Shown here: piece by piece, positions 25,478 to 35,654 of the stretch
Position numbering within the stretch: the stretch's first letter is position 1
How the letters are laid out: each line of letters opens with the position of its first letter
Sequence record: NC_048132.1
Origin: Escherichia phage vB_EcoS-95
Length of the DNA stretch: 50,910 nucleotides
Strand: one strand, 5' to 3'
The notes under the pieces: model-generated
Databases searched by the model: none
What the model was told of the DNA's origin: nothing
Seen by the model: only the letters and a program-made list of their open reading frames with translations
Translations under genes and position numbers: made by a program

Positions 25478-27045
25478 TGATCATATGGGAAGATTTGACG
25501 GCGGCGCAAAAGCGAGCCATTAAAGAAATCAGTGAGCATTCATTCGAAAAGATGATCAGAATCTGGTTCCAATTATTGCAGGGGCAAAAATTCCAGAGCA
25601 ACTGGCATTTTAGCTTATTGTGCAGTGAGGTAGAGAAGATCATCAATGGAGAGTCGCAGAATGTTATTTTCAACATTACGCCAGGTAGCGGTAAGACTGA
25701 GATTTTCTCAATCCACATGTCACCCTACGCGTCATTGAAAAGCCGGAAGGTGAGAAATCTTAACCTTTCGTTTAGTGATGGACTTGTCCAGCAAAACAGC
25801 AACCGGATAAAGGAGATTATTGGTTCTCCTGAGTGGCAAGAGCTATGGCCTGGAAAACTGGCAAAGGCGAGCGCTAAAGATCTGATAGTCACCGAAGGCG
25901 GCAAGGTTAAATTGCAGGTTAACTCACGTTCTATTGGCGGCCAGGTAACAGGTTTGCGTGGCGGCTATATGGATGATGGTTTTACTGGTATGCTGGTTCT
26001 TGACGATCCAGACAAGCCGGATGATATGCTTTCTAAGGTCAAGCGTGAGGCTATCCACATGCGGCTAAAAAACACAGTGCGATCGCGTCGAATGAAAGAC
26101 ACCACGCCGATTGTTATGGTGCAACAGCGACTACACGTTAATGATTCCACCTGGTTTATGCTTAATGGCGGGATGGGTGGTATTGAGTTTAAAGTTGTGA
26201 GCATTCCGGCGCTGGTTACGAAAGAATACCGCGAAACACTTCCTGATTGGTTGAAGCCTGAATTTGATCGTGATGTTCTGTCAAGTAAGCCAGTGATGAT
26301 AGATGGCGTTGCTCATTATTCATTTTGGCCTGCGAAGGAAAGCGCGGAGGAGTTGCTTGCATTGCGCAATGCAGATCCTTACACGTTCGCCAGCCAATAC
26401 CAACAGCAACCAATCGCGCTTGGCGGCAACGTGTTTAAAACAGAGTGGTTCCAGTATTACGGCAGCGGCGAAAAATGCGCACTACCAAAACCGGATCGCT
26501 TTGAATACACATTTATTACTGGAGATACCGCGCAGAAGGCCGGAGAGCTTAACGACTATTCAGTTTTTTGTTATTGGGGGATGTATAAGAATCGCGTTTA
26601 CTTCATTGATGGCATTCGCGGAAAGTGGGAAGCGCCGGATCTTGAATTAAATTTTATTGCCTTCGTTAACCAGTGCTGGAAGCGCAATAAGGAGTGTGGC
26701 AGCTTGCGACGTATCCACATTGAGGATAAGGCCAGCGGAACTGGTTTGATTCAGGGGGCCAAAAAGAAGATCCCGATTGATATAAATCCCGTTCAGCGAA
26801 GCAACGACAAGGTAACGCGAGCAATGGACGCCGCGCCAGTGATGAGGGCCGGACGTGTGGCACTGCCAGAAAATCACCCCATGCTGCCTGAGATACTGGC
26901 AGAGGTTGCAGCATTCACTTTTGATGATTCTCATCCCCATGATGATATTGTCGATAATATAGTTGATGCTGTTAACGTAGAAATGAATTTGGCAGATGAT
27001 CCGGTAGCAAGGATGAAAAAGCTGGCAGGTCTACGCAATAAATAG
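25477..27045 (+). CDS. Terminase large subunit
   Basis: Walker A-like ITPGSGKTE, Walker B MLVLDDPD; 522 aa between TerS and portal. Confidence 0.75.
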   Translation: MIIWEDLTAAQKRAIKEISEHSFEKMIRIWFQLLQGQKFQSNWHFSLLCSEVEKIINGESQNVIFNITPGSGKTEIFSIHMSPYASLKSRKVRNLNLSFSDGLVQQNSNRIKEIIGSPEWQELWPGKLAKASAKDLIVTEGGKVKLQVNSRSIGGQVTGLRGGYMDDGFTGMLVLDDPDKPDDMLSKVKREAIHMRLKNTVRSRRMKDTTPIVMVQQRLHVNDSTWFMLNGGMGGIEFKVVSIPALVTKEYRETLPDWLKPEFDRDVLSSKPVMIDGVAHYSFWPAKESAEELLALRNADPYTFASQYQQQPIALGGNVFKTEWFQYYGSGEKCALPKPDRFEYTFITGDTAQKAGELNDYSVFCYWGMYKNRVYFIDGIRGKWEAPDLELNFIAFVNQCWKRNKECGSLRRIHIEDKASGTGLIQGAKKKIPIDINPVQRSNDKVTRAMDAAPVMRAGRVALPENHPMLPEILAEVAAFTFDDSHPHDDIVDNIVDAVNVEMNLADDPVARMKKLAGLRNK

Positions 27046-27060
27046 CACTAATTGCTAAAA
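27043..27060 (+). promoter_or_regulatory. Box variant (TAGCACTAATTGCTAAAA) overlapping TerL stop
   Basis: Sequence match to box; followed by TATATAAT and a terminator hairpin rather than the usual spacer hairpin. Confidence 0.4.
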
Positions 27061-27074
27061 AGTTATATAATCAA

Positions 27075-27100
27075 GGCTGGATTTTTCCAGCCTTTTTTAT
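27075..27100 (+). terminator. Rho-independent terminator-like hairpin between TerL and portal
   Basis: GGCTGG-ATTTTT-CCAGCC followed by TTTTTTATT. Confidence 0.5.
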
Positions 27101-27115
27101 TATGGAGATTTGACG

Positions 27116-28408
27116 ATGAGTGAAAAAACAAGGCTAGTTAAGGCCGATGGATACAACGAGATTTTCAAGGGCAGCAATGGCAATGGGCGTGTGGAGTTGC
27201 CTTTCTTTATGCAAGGGTTCGAATACACCACGCACGCTGATTTTTACATTCGCGACGGCCTAGCAAAACGAATCATCGACGTTGTTCCAGAAGAAATGGT
27301 GACGCCTGGATTTAATATTGACGGCGTGGAAGATGAGGAAAGTTTTAGATCTTTGTGGGATGAGAAGCGACTAAACGATAAAATCATTGATGCGCTTTGC
27401 TGGTCGCGTCTTTTTGGTGGCGCGGCAATTGTGGCAATCGTTCAGGATGGCAGGGCGTTAAAGTCACCTGTAGCGCCTGGTGCAATCCTTGAAGATGTTC
27501 GCGTTTACGATCGCTTTCAGGTTCGCGTAGAAAAGCGCGAAACTAATCCACGCAAGGTGCGATATGGTGAGCCATTAATTTACACCATTTCACCTGGTGC
27601 GGACTTGCCAGAATATCAGGTTCACTATTCGCGAGTCTGTATTATCGACGGTGAGCGGCTACCAAATCAGCGACGTCAGTCAAATGATGGTTGGGGTGAG
27701 TCAATCCTGAATAAGCGATTGGTTGAGGCTATTTGTGATTATAACTACTGCGAAAACTTAGCAACTCAATTGTTGCGACGTAAGCAACAGGCAGTATGGA
27801 AAGCTAAAGGACTTGCCGATCTTTGTGATGATGATGATGGTGTTAACGCCGCGCGTTTGCGCCTTGCTCAAGTTGATGATGAGGGTGGCGTAGGCCGCGC
27901 GATCGGCATTGATGCGGAAGATGAGGAATATGATGTTTTAAATTCTGATATTTCCGGCGTAGATTCATTCCTGGAAAAGAAGATGGATCGCATTGTATCT
28001 CTTTCCGGCATCCATGAAATCATCCTCAAAAACAAGAACGTTGGCGGTGTTAGCGCGAGCCAAAACACGGCGCTTGAAACCTTCTACAAGCTGATCGATC
28101 GAAAGCGAAAGGAAGAATACAAACCAATCCTTGAATTTCTGATCCCGTTCCTGATTCAAGAGGAAGAATGGAGTATTCACTTTGCGCCGTTAAGCGTTCC
28201 CAGCGAAAAGGACCAGGCCGAGATCTTGAACAAGAATATTGATTCTTTGAGCAAGGCTATTGACGGTCAATTCATGGATACAGAGGAGGCGCGCGACACA
28301 TTGCGAGCCATTGCGCCTAACGTTAAACTAAAGGACGGCAATAACATTAAATTACCTGAGCAGGACGTAGAGCCGGAGCCAGGAACAACCGAGGGTAGCA
28401 ATCAATGA
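27116..28408 (+). CDS. Portal protein
   Basis: About 430 aa directly after terminase; ATG start with RBS GGAG (track start 27110 is TTG). Confidence 0.6.
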   Translation: MSEKTRLVKADGYNEIFKGSNGNGRVELPFFMQGFEYTTHADFYIRDGLAKRIIDVVPEEMVTPGFNIDGVEDEESFRSLWDEKRLNDKIIDALCWSRLFGGAAIVAIVQDGRALKSPVAPGAILEDVRVYDRFQVRVEKRETNPRKVRYGEPLIYTISPGADLPEYQVHYSRVCIIDGERLPNQRRQSNDGWGESILNKRLVEAICDYNYCENLATQLLRRKQQAVWKAKGLADLCDDDDGVNAARLRLAQVDDEGGVGRAIGIDAEDEEYDVLNSDISGVDSFLEKKMDRIVSLSGIHEIILKNKNVGGVSASQNTALETFYKLIDRKRKEEYKPILEFLIPFLIQEEEWSIHFAPLSVPSEKDQAEILNKNIDSLSKAIDGQFMDTEEARDTLRAIAPNVKLKDGNNIKLPEQDVEPEPGTTEGSNQ

Positions 28409-29160
28409 TAGTGAAAGGCGTCGTTAAACAATGGCGCTTTCCTGAAGCAAGCGAGCGGCAATTGCGCCGCTCAATTCAGGAGGCGATAAGGGATCTTGTT
28501 GTGCTGATGCGCAGCAAAACAAAGGAAATGAAATTTGACGCGGACACCGAAGAAATCAACGCCGCAGAGGATGAGATTAGTAGCTTCGCGTTAAAGCTAA
28601 TAGCTGGCATCGCCGCATCACTTCCGGTTATCGGCCTTGCTGTTTATAAATTCAACGCAAAGCAATTTATTAACGTAGCGAAATCAACGGGAGGCAAGTC
28701 AAATTCCGCCGTTATCATCCTTATGGCTATTGGGGCCAATGCGAATGAGAGTTGGTATAGGACGCTATACGGTCAATGGCATGACATGACGATCGCATCT
28801 CTTCAAAAACTATTTGGAAACATTGTGTCTGACTGGTCAACCAATATCAGATCGGCAAACTTTCGCGGAATGAGAGATAGTCAGGTTAATGAATTGGCTG
28901 GTAAGAGGTTCGCAGTTTATAGCTCTTGGGGTAAGACCAGGGCGGAAAACATCATAGGCGCTTGGAATAGTAGACTCATGCGGCAGCGTCTGTATGATGC
29001 AAAAGTAACTCATTATTTTTGGCATGGTATGCTTGATGACAGAGAACGATTGCAGCATGTACAATGGGAGGGTAAGCGCATTGCGCTAGATTCTGAACAT
29101 GATTTTCCTGGTGAGCCTTTCGGTTGTCGTTGTTGGGCCATACCAGATTGGAACAGTTAA
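28405..29160 (+). CDS. Head morphogenesis / minor head protein
   Basis: Position after portal, overlapping start; 251 aa. Confidence 0.4.
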   Translation: MIVKGVVKQWRFPEASERQLRRSIQEAIRDLVVLMRSKTKEMKFDADTEEINAAEDEISSFALKLIAGIAASLPVIGLAVYKFNAKQFINVAKSTGGKSNSAVIILMAIGANANESWYRTLYGQWHDMTIASLQKLFGNIVSDWSTNIRSANFRGMRDSQVNELAGKRFAVYSSWGKTRAENIIGAWNSRLMRQRLYDAKVTHYFWHGMLDDRERLQHVQWEGKRIALDSEHDFPGEPFGCRCWAIPDWNS

Positions 29161-29170
29161 GAGGTGTTAA

Positions 29171-30286
29171 ATGAAGGCAAAACAAAGATTTGATAGCGCC
29201 AAAGTAAAGGCGCACTTTGATGATAACGGGTTTTTAGTTGATCGCCCTATCGTGGCGCGAATTGGTTTACAAGTCTATCAGACTCCTTTCGGTGAGCGCA
29301 GAGAATTTCGTCCTGCGTCCGAAGTATTCAAGGCCGACTCACTCGCCACCTTCGCAGGGAAGCCAGTCACGGTTGGTCACGTTACGGTAACTCCAGAAAA
29401 CGCCGAAAAGGTTGTGGTTGGTTCTTGTGCTGGTGCTGGTGTGCCGAACGGGATCGGCGTAGAGGTTCCGTTAAGCATTTACTCAAAACGAGCAATCGAA
29501 AGCGCGAAGAAGCGAGACACGGCGGAGATTTCAGTTGGTTATACATCGGTTGATATTGATAAACCAGGCTGGGGCAATAATAAAACTGGTGAGTACGTTT
29601 TCGATGAGGATGTTAGCGAAGACTGGAAACCTGATTCTCCTGATTGGGTTAAGTTTGATGCAATCCAGACTGAAATCAAGGTAAACCACATCGCGTTAGT
29701 TTTCCGAGGTCGAGCTGGCATTGCAAAATTAAACCTTGATAGCCAGCAAGATTTTCCGTATAGTGACGATGTTATTAACAACAAAGAGGATCAAATCATG
29801 ACTGTAAAAATTAAACTGGATGGCGCTGTAGAGTTTGACGTGCCAAAAGCAGTTGCGGATCACATTGAATCACTGAAAGCTGATGCCAAAGCACAGAAAG
29901 AAAAGGCGGACGGCCTGGAAGCTGAGCGAGATGCACTGCAAACCAAAGTAGATGGCATTCAGGATCAGATTGATGCCGCAGTCAAGAAAGCCAAAGAAGA
30001 TGCCGCGCAACATGCTCAATTAGTAGCAGACGCTAAAGAGTTAGGCATCAAGTGCGACGGCCTGGATGCGAAAGCAATCAAGGTTGCATACATCAAAGAA
30101 GTTATGGGCAATGACGTTTCCGATAAAACTGATGCCTATATCGAAACAGCTTTCGACATCGCCAAAAACTCTGATAAAATGGCGGCACAGCGTAAGAGCA
30201 TTAAAGGTGACTCTTTCGCTAATGAAAAACAGGATGACGCAGGTTCTAAGCTGAATCCTAACGCTCGTTTTGAGAAACTGAAATAA
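29171..30286 (+). CDS. Putative scaffolding / prohead core protein
   Basis: Position between portal and capsid genes; coiled-coil-like charged region (KADGLEAERDALQTKVDGIQDQIDAAVKKAKEDAAQHA). Confidence 0.35.
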   Translation: MKAKQRFDSAKVKAHFDDNGFLVDRPIVARIGLQVYQTPFGERREFRPASEVFKADSLATFAGKPVTVGHVTVTPENAEKVVVGSCAGAGVPNGIGVEVPLSIYSKRAIESAKKRDTAEISVGYTSVDIDKPGWGNNKTGEYVFDEDVSEDWKPDSPDWVKFDAIQTEIKVNHIALVFRGRAGIAKLNLDSQQDFPYSDDVINNKEDQIMTVKIKLDGAVEFDVPKAVADHIESLKADAKAQKEKADGLEAERDALQTKVDGIQDQIDAAVKKAKEDAAQHAQLVADAKELGIKCDGLDAKAIKVAYIKEVMGNDVSDKTDAYIETAFDIAKNSDKMAAQRKSIKGDSFANEKQDDAGSKLNPNARFEKLK

Positions 30287-30298
30287 GGAGTAATTAAA

Positions 30299-30778
30299 AT
30301 GGCTAAAATTGGAGCAAGTTATTTTGACACTATGGCGATCGCACTACCTGGCATGGTTGCCGACACTTCTAAATACAACATTGACGGCGCTTGCGTCGTT
30401 AGTGAAGGTGGGGAAATTCTTGTTGGTACTGCCGTGCAGGTTGTCGCAGTGCAAGCGGTTGAAGGTCATAAACTTATTAAGCGCATGGAAGCAGAAAAAT
30501 ATCCTTACGGTGTGGCAATTCGCTCTCACTGGCAAACTGTTAACTCTCAAGGACAGATGGTTTATGAAGAAGGAAGCGCAATCAACGTAATGACATCTGG
30601 AAGAGTTTGGATTCGTTCAAAGTCCAGCGCAGCACCAGTCTTCGGCACTGCCGTTAAACTTGATGTTGATGGTCATGAAAAATCAGACGGCGCAATCACT
30701 ACTAACTGGACATACGCTGGCGGATTTGTCAAATATAAAGATATTAATCTTGTAGAAGTTCAGTTGCAGCAACTGTAA
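30299..30778 (+). CDS. Capsid decoration-like protein (paralog A)
   Basis: Shares N-terminal domain with 30839-31852 (YNIDGACV...GRVW...AGGFVK...EVQ). Confidence 0.4.
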   Translation: MAKIGASYFDTMAIALPGMVADTSKYNIDGACVVSEGGEILVGTAVQVVAVQAVEGHKLIKRMEAEKYPYGVAIRSHWQTVNSQGQMVYEEGSAINVMTSGRVWIRSKSSAAPVFGTAVKLDVDGHEKSDGAITTNWTYAGGFVKYKDINLVEVQLQQL

Positions 30779-30794
30779 TTAGAGTTTAATATTG

Positions 30795-30824
30795 GGACCA
30801 TCCAAAAGGATGGTCCTTTTTTTT
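30795..30824 (+). terminator. Rho-independent terminator
   Basis: GGACCATCC-AAAA-GGATGGTCC followed by T8. Confidence 0.6.
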
Positions 30825-30838
30825 ATGGAGAAATTATT

Positions 30839-31852
30839 ATGGCTTATGAAAATTTAATGATGCACTATGCATGTCCTGGCAATCTCTCTGATACTTCAAC
30901 ATATAACATTGATGGCGCTTGTGTTGCTCAAGGTGATATTAAGTTTGGATCAGCGGTTCGGGTTGTCGGAATAGTGGATGGAATGAGGGTTGTGACGGCG
31001 CTTTCTGATGGTGAAACTCCTTACGGCATCGCTTTTCGTTCCCAATATGAGCACCTGAGCGGTAAAATTCTCGACGGAGAGGTGTGTAACGTCGTTTCTC
31101 ACGGTCGGGTGTGGGCGCTTACTTCTCTTAGTGAAGCCCCGAAATCATTCTCAAAACTAAGAATCGGTGTTGGAGGAGTAGTAACTGGCGTAGATGATTA
31201 TGTTGGTTGGACCTTTGCTGGTGGCTTTGTTAAGCACGAAGACGGTCACATTATTGAGGTTCAGGTGAAGCAAAATGCTCTAATCGTTCCACCCCCTCCG
31301 CCTCCTGTGGTGCTGGTAGAGTCTGCAACAATTAACACTGACAAGGAGAGTCCGCAGCCAAACAATGCTCCTGTAAAATGCAGTATCACAGTAGAGCCTG
31401 GCAACGCCACCGATAAAACTGGTGTTTGGTCTGTTGATGCTGTAAACATTGCGACTATTGATGCCGATACAGGTATTCTAACTCCTGTTGGTAGTGATGC
31501 ATTCGGTAGTGTAAACGTAAATTGGACTGCTAACGATGGAAGCAAGACTAAGGCCACGATTGTTTATCAATTCGAAAAAGCTGTTGTTAGCGTCGCTAGT
31601 GCAACCGTAAGCCTTGAGAAAAATTCTGCAATTGTTGGTGAAGCCGTTCAGGCGAGCGTTGTCGTTGCTCCAGAAGGTGCTACAAATAAATCCGGTTCTT
31701 GGTCTTTGTCAAGTGGTGATTTTGCATCTGTAGATCCTGGTACTGGACTAGTAACTACTATCGCCGCTGGCGAGGTTGATGTTATCTGGACCGCTGCTGA
31801 TGGTTCTGGCGTTAAAGGTCAGCAAAGACTAACCATCACCGATCCTGAATAA
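30839..31852 (+). CDS. Capsid decoration-like protein (paralog B) with Pro linker and two Ig-like (Big_2-type) domains
   Basis: N-terminal paralogy to 30299-30778; PPPPPPVV linker; two repeats of Ig-like pattern (ATID..TG.LT..G.......V.WTA.DGS). Confidence 0.45.
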   Translation: MAYENLMMHYACPGNLSDTSTYNIDGACVAQGDIKFGSAVRVVGIVDGMRVVTALSDGETPYGIAFRSQYEHLSGKILDGEVCNVVSHGRVWALTSLSEAPKSFSKLRIGVGGVVTGVDDYVGWTFAGGFVKHEDGHIIEVQVKQNALIVPPPPPPVVLVESATINTDKESPQPNNAPVKCSITVEPGNATDKTGVWSVDAVNIATIDADTGILTPVGSDAFGSVNVNWTANDGSKTKATIVYQFEKAVVSVASATVSLEKNSAIVGEAVQASVVVAPEGATNKSGSWSLSSGDFASVDPGTGLVTTIAAGEVDVIWTAADGSGVKGQQRLTITDPE

Positions 31853-31869
31853 CATAAAAACGCTTTGAC

Positions 31870-31892
31870 GCTTTAACAAAAAGTGCTATCAT
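31870..31892 (+). promoter_or_regulatory. Reverse-orientation box giving an extended -10 (TGCTATCAT) with upstream TTGACG, ahead of the major capsid gene
   Basis: TTGACG-16 bp-TATCAT with TG at -15/-14; sequence is the reverse complement of the early box. Confidence 0.45.
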
Positions 31893-31933
31893 CTAGGCCG
31901 TTACATTTAACGGCCTTTTATGGAGGAAACAAA

Positions 31934-32905
31934 ATGGCTAAAAAATATGATGAATTAGATGCTACTATTGTAGCAAATCATTTGCAGATTCAGGGTGTTA
32001 AGTCCGACGCTTCTGATATGGGTATTTGGACCGCTCAAGAGCTACACAAGATCCGCTCTAACGCATACGAGAAAGAGTATCCGGCAGGTTCCGCGCTTCG
32101 CGTATTCCCTGTAACAAACGAGCTTTCTGATACTGACAAGACTTTCGAATATCAGACTTTTGATAAGGTTGGCTACGCGAAAATTATCGCCGACTACACC
32201 GATGATCTGCCGACTGTGGACGCGTTGATGACTTCTGAGTTTGGCAAAGTGTTCCGCCTGGGTAACGCTTATCTGATCTCCATTGATGAGATTAAAGCAG
32301 GTCAGCGAACTGGCAAGAGCCTGTCAACTCGCAAGGCTAACGCTGCGCAAAATGCACATGATCAGTTGATTAACTTCCTGGTGTTCAAGGGTTCCAAGCC
32401 TCACAAGATCGTTTCCGTTTTCGATCATCCTAACCTTACGAAAATTGTTTCTAAAGGCTGGATGAGCAAGGATGGAAACACCAAGTTCCCTGATGTGGCA
32501 AGCGATGAACTGGAGGCTGCAATCGAGACTATCGAGGAAGTAACTAAAGGTCAGCACCGCGCGACTAACATCCTGATCCCGCCGTCCATGCGCAAAGTCC
32601 TGACGGTTCGAATGGAAAATACCACTGAAAGTTATCTGGAATACTTCCAGAAGCAAAACGGCGGTATCACTATCGACTCTATCGCAGAGCTTGAGGATAT
32701 TGACGGCAAAGGTACGAAAGGTTGCTTGGTTTACGAAAAAGATCCAATGAACATGAGCATTGAGATTCCAGAAGCGTTTAACATGCTTCCGGCGCAGCCA
32801 AAAGACCTTCACTTCAAGGTTCCTTGCACTTCCAAGTGTACTGGCCTTACGATTTACCGTCCGTTTACGATGGTGCTTATTACTGGCTTGAAAAAGGCTG
32901 TGTAA
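31934..32905 (+). CDS. Major capsid protein
   Basis: 323-aa ORF in capsid position with strong RBS GGAGGAAACAAAATG; followed by a strong terminator. Confidence 0.6.
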   Translation: MAKKYDELDATIVANHLQIQGVKSDASDMGIWTAQELHKIRSNAYEKEYPAGSALRVFPVTNELSDTDKTFEYQTFDKVGYAKIIADYTDDLPTVDALMTSEFGKVFRLGNAYLISIDEIKAGQRTGKSLSTRKANAAQNAHDQLINFLVFKGSKPHKIVSVFDHPNLTKIVSKGWMSKDGNTKFPDVASDELEAAIETIEEVTKGQHRATNILIPPSMRKVLTVRMENTTESYLEYFQKQNGGITIDSIAELEDIDGKGTKGCLVYEKDPMNMSIEIPEAFNMLPAQPKDLHFKVPCTSKCTGLTIYRPFTMVLITGLKKAV

Positions 32906-32916
32906 TTAGATAACAT

Positions 32917-32947
32917 GGGGAGCCTTAATGGTTCCCCTTTTTTTATT
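32917..32947 (+). terminator. Rho-independent terminator after the major capsid gene
   Basis: GGGGA..TCCCC hairpin followed by T-run. Confidence 0.55.
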
Positions 32948-32962
32948 TATGGAGCACACAAA

Positions 32963-33229
32963 ATGAGCAAAAATTTAAAACTTAAAGTAACTGGCGTTTG
33001 CATGATTGTTATGGACGGCAAGCGTTATCATCCTGGTGATGAAATTGAAATTGAATCCGATCGCATTAATGACTCCGCAATTGAATACCTGATCGCTCGC
33101 GGAGATGTGGAAGTTAAAGACAATTCCGAAATTAACGAGCAAATCAAGGAGAAAGCTGAGAAGAAGCGCAAAAAAGATCCTACCGAGGGTAAGAGCCGCA
33201 AAGAACTAGAGGATGGCGGCGAATATTAA
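32963..33229 (+). CDS. Hypothetical structural protein
   Basis: 88-aa ORF, start at MSKNLKLK. Confidence 0.35.
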   Translation: MSKNLKLKVTGVCMIVMDGKRYHPGDEIEIESDRINDSAIEYLIARGDVEVKDNSEINEQIKEKAEKKRKKDPTEGKSRKELEDGGEY

Positions 33230-33275
33230 TAATTGGGGCGCTTATGCGCCCCTTGTCACATCTGGAGAAAACAAA

Positions 33276-33695
33276 ATGGTAGATGAATTTTACACAGAAG
33301 CTGAAATCGTTCAGCAAATCGTAAAGTTAGCGCCGCCAATGCAACAAGTTGATCCCGATTTAATTGTGGCATGGATTGAGCTTGCTAAAGAGTTTGTTTG
33401 CAAAAAGCGGTTTAAAAACTCATACCCGAAAGCGGTTGCGCTTTACACTCTTCACCTTATGACCTTAGACGGGGCAATGAAACAGGAAGGTGAAAGCGTA
33501 GAAAGCTATTCCCGCCGCGTTGCCTCGTTCACTCTGACTGGTGAGTTTAGTCAGACGTTTGATCGAATTTCTTCCGATACAAGCGGAAAGCAGATCCGAC
33601 AAACGCCGTGGGGCAAAATGTACGAAGTGTTAAACCGTAAGCACGGTGGCGGCTTTGGCCTTGTGACTGGATTGCGCCGGAGATGCTGCCGATGA
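33276..33695 (+). CDS. Putative head-tail connector protein
   Basis: Position after capsid genes; start at MVDEFYTE (RBS GGAG). Confidence 0.35.
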   Translation: MVDEFYTEAEIVQQIVKLAPPMQQVDPDLIVAWIELAKEFVCKKRFKNSYPKAVALYTLHLMTLDGAMKQEGESVESYSRRVASFTLTGEFSQTFDRISSDTSGKQIRQTPWGKMYEVLNRKHGGGFGLVTGLRRRCCR

Positions 33696-34063
33696 ACTAC
33701 AATGAGATTGCAAGAATGGCTACGGCTGGGATTAACTTTTTCAGCGACGCTAACGGTATGTTTAAGTGCATCACGCAGCAGGGCGGAGTTGAGATTATCG
33801 GCGGAGAGGAAGTTACCAAGCCGGAGATTTCAGTGATGATAAAGGGGCTTGTTAGATCCCCGAGAGCTAGAGAGGTTGACGGTGAAACAATCAGAGTGAC
33901 CGACAAGCTGGGGATATTCACCAATGAAACTGAGATCAAAAATGGTTATCAGATTGAAATTGATGGCGAACGTTATGTTGTCGTTGAGGCAAGACCAGTC
34001 AGGCAGACTAACATCACGGCAGCTTATCGTCCGGTATTAAGGAGGATTGCTGTGCATGGCTGA
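33683..34063 (+). CDS. Putative head closure / adaptor protein
   Basis: Position; 126 aa; overlapping start. Confidence 0.3.
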   Translation: MLPMNYNEIARMATAGINFFSDANGMFKCITQQGGVEIIGGEEVTKPEISVMIKGLVRSPRAREVDGETIRVTDKLGIFTNETEIKNGYQIEIDGERYVVVEARPVRQTNITAAYRPVLRRIAVHG

Positions 34064-34499
34064 TAATTATAAGGTTAGGGAATTTCACGGTGATATAAGC
34101 AGGTGGATTGATTCAGTAAGCAGCGGCCTTGTTGATTGCGTTGAAATGTTCGCGACAAACGTCCACGAGGATCTTGTAAAGCGCTCGCCAGTTGATACGG
34201 GCCGATATAAAGCTAACTGGCAGATAACAGCAAACAAGCCGCCGCTATATGCGCTCAACCAATACGATCTCGATGGTAGTAAAACCATTGCAGAAGGCAA
34301 GCGAGCAATATATGCAATCATGCGTGGCGGTGGCGCTGTGCGATCAATCTATTTTTCAAACATGCTCATTTACGCCAACGCGCTTGAATACGGTCATTCA
34401 AAACAAGCGCCGTCCGGCGTACTTGGAATCGTGGCGGTAAAGCTGCGATCTTATATGGCTAAGGCAATAAAGGATTCGAGGGCAAAAAATGCACTATGA
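34047..34499 (+). CDS. Neck / tail completion protein (HK97 gp10-like)
   Basis: VDTGRYKANWQI motif typical of HK97 gp10 family; 150 aa. Confidence 0.45.
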   Translation: MLCMADNYKVREFHGDISRWIDSVSSGLVDCVEMFATNVHEDLVKRSPVDTGRYKANWQITANKPPLYALNQYDLDGSKTIAEGKRAIYAIMRGGGAVRSIYFSNMLIYANALEYGHSKQAPSGVLGIVAVKLRSYMAKAIKDSRAKNAL

Positions 34500-34890
34500 T
34501 TTAATGTTGGCGGCAAGAAAGGCGCTGGCGGCTGAATATGAATCACGATTTAAGATAGCCTATGAAAACGTTGATTTTGTGCCGCCTGGAGATGGTTCTA
34601 TGTGGTTAAAATTTAACTACATGGAAGCGGACACGGATCGCATATCTCTTGATAGAAAATGTGTTTCTTACATCGGTTTGGTTCAGGTTGGAATTGTCAT
34701 TCCTCCTGGCGGTGGCACTGATAAAGCGCGTTTGCTGGCTAAAGAGATTGCGAGATTTTTCTATGATGGTAGAATGTTTGAAACTGGCTATATTAGCGAG
34801 GGAGCAAACGTCCACGCATTACTAAAAAGTGAAACAGGTTGGTTCTTGCCGATCCGTTTCAGTGTTAGGCTTGATACAAAGGAGGAATAA
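34489..34890 (+). CDS. Putative tail terminator protein
   Basis: Position immediately upstream of major tail gene; 133 aa. Confidence 0.3.
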   Translation: MHYDLMLAARKALAAEYESRFKIAYENVDFVPPGDGSMWLKFNYMEADTDRISLDRKCVSYIGLVQVGIVIPPGGGTDKARLLAKEIARFFYDGRMFETGYISEGANVHALLKSETGWFLPIRFSVRLDTKEE

Positions 34891-34892
34891 TC

Positions 34893-35555
34893 ATGCACTT
34901 GCCTAATGGTTCTCAAATTTTCATCGGCGTTAATATGGGTGATCCAATTCAAGCTACTGATATTTCAAACGCTAAAGATCCGGTTTTTACTGTTAGTAAT
35001 TCACAGCAGGTCAAAAAAGGTGCTTATGTTCTGATTGAAACGTCTTCCTGGGGTAAACTGGTTAGTCGTGTGTTGCGGGTAAAAGAAGTATCTGATAACG
35101 CAAGCGTAACTCTTGAAGGTGTAGACACAACCGATCAAAACGTATTTCCGGCTGGTTCTAATGCAGCAACTTTCCGAGAGGTGAAATCTTGGGTAGAGGT
35201 TCCTTGCGTACAGGATCTTGCGCAGGACGGCGGCGAGCAACAGTATTACACTTATCAGTGTTTGGCTGATGACCAGGAGCAGCAGTTACCGACTTACAAG
35301 AGCGCAGTTTCTCTTACCTACACTTTCGCGCATGAATATGATAACCCGATTTATCCGATCTTGCGCAAGGCTGAGGAATCCGGCGACGTAACCGCTTTGC
35401 GTATGTACGTTCCGAAAGCTAAAGAGATGCGTTGCTGGGCTGGCGTATTGTCTTTTAATGACATTCCGCAAACCACTATGAACGAAATGGAAACTGTTTC
35501 CCTTTCCGTATCTCTGAAAGGTCGATTTACGTTCTTACCTTCCGACGTTAAGTAA
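34893..35555 (+). CDS. Major tail protein
   Basis: 220-aa ORF upstream of the G/GT chaperone and tape measure (lambda V position); RBS AGGAGG. Confidence 0.5.
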   Translation: MHLPNGSQIFIGVNMGDPIQATDISNAKDPVFTVSNSQQVKKGAYVLIETSSWGKLVSRVLRVKEVSDNASVTLEGVDTTDQNVFPAGSNAATFREVKSWVEVPCVQDLAQDGGEQQYYTYQCLADDQEQQLPTYKSAVSLTYTFAHEYDNPIYPILRKAEESGDVTALRMYVPKAKEMRCWAGVLSFNDIPQTTMNEMETVSLSVSLKGRFTFLPSDVK

Positions 35556-35560
35556 AACAA

Positions 35561-35581
35561 GGGGCGTTGCGCCCCTTTTTT
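35561..35581 (+). terminator. Rho-independent terminator after the major tail gene
   Basis: GGGGC-GTTGC-GCCCC followed by TTTTTT. Confidence 0.6.
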
Positions 35582-35620
35582 CATTCCTGTAAAATCAATC
35601 TATCAAATAAATCAATTCCA

Positions 35621-35639
35621 CTTTTAACAAAAAGTGCTA
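35621..35639 (+). promoter_or_regulatory. Reverse-orientation box giving TGCTATAAG extended -10-like element directly abutting the RBS of the tail chaperone gene
   Basis: Reverse complement of the box; AAGGAG RBS starts 1 nt after the box. Confidence 0.45.
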
Positions 35640-35654
35640 TAAGGAGATCTTGAG

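Noticed and set aside
27043-27100. Box at the TerL stop as a functional promoter for the portal gene
   Set aside because: Unlike other copies it is followed immediately by a terminator hairpin rather than the spacer hairpin and hexamer at the standard distance; kept as a variant copy of uncertain function.
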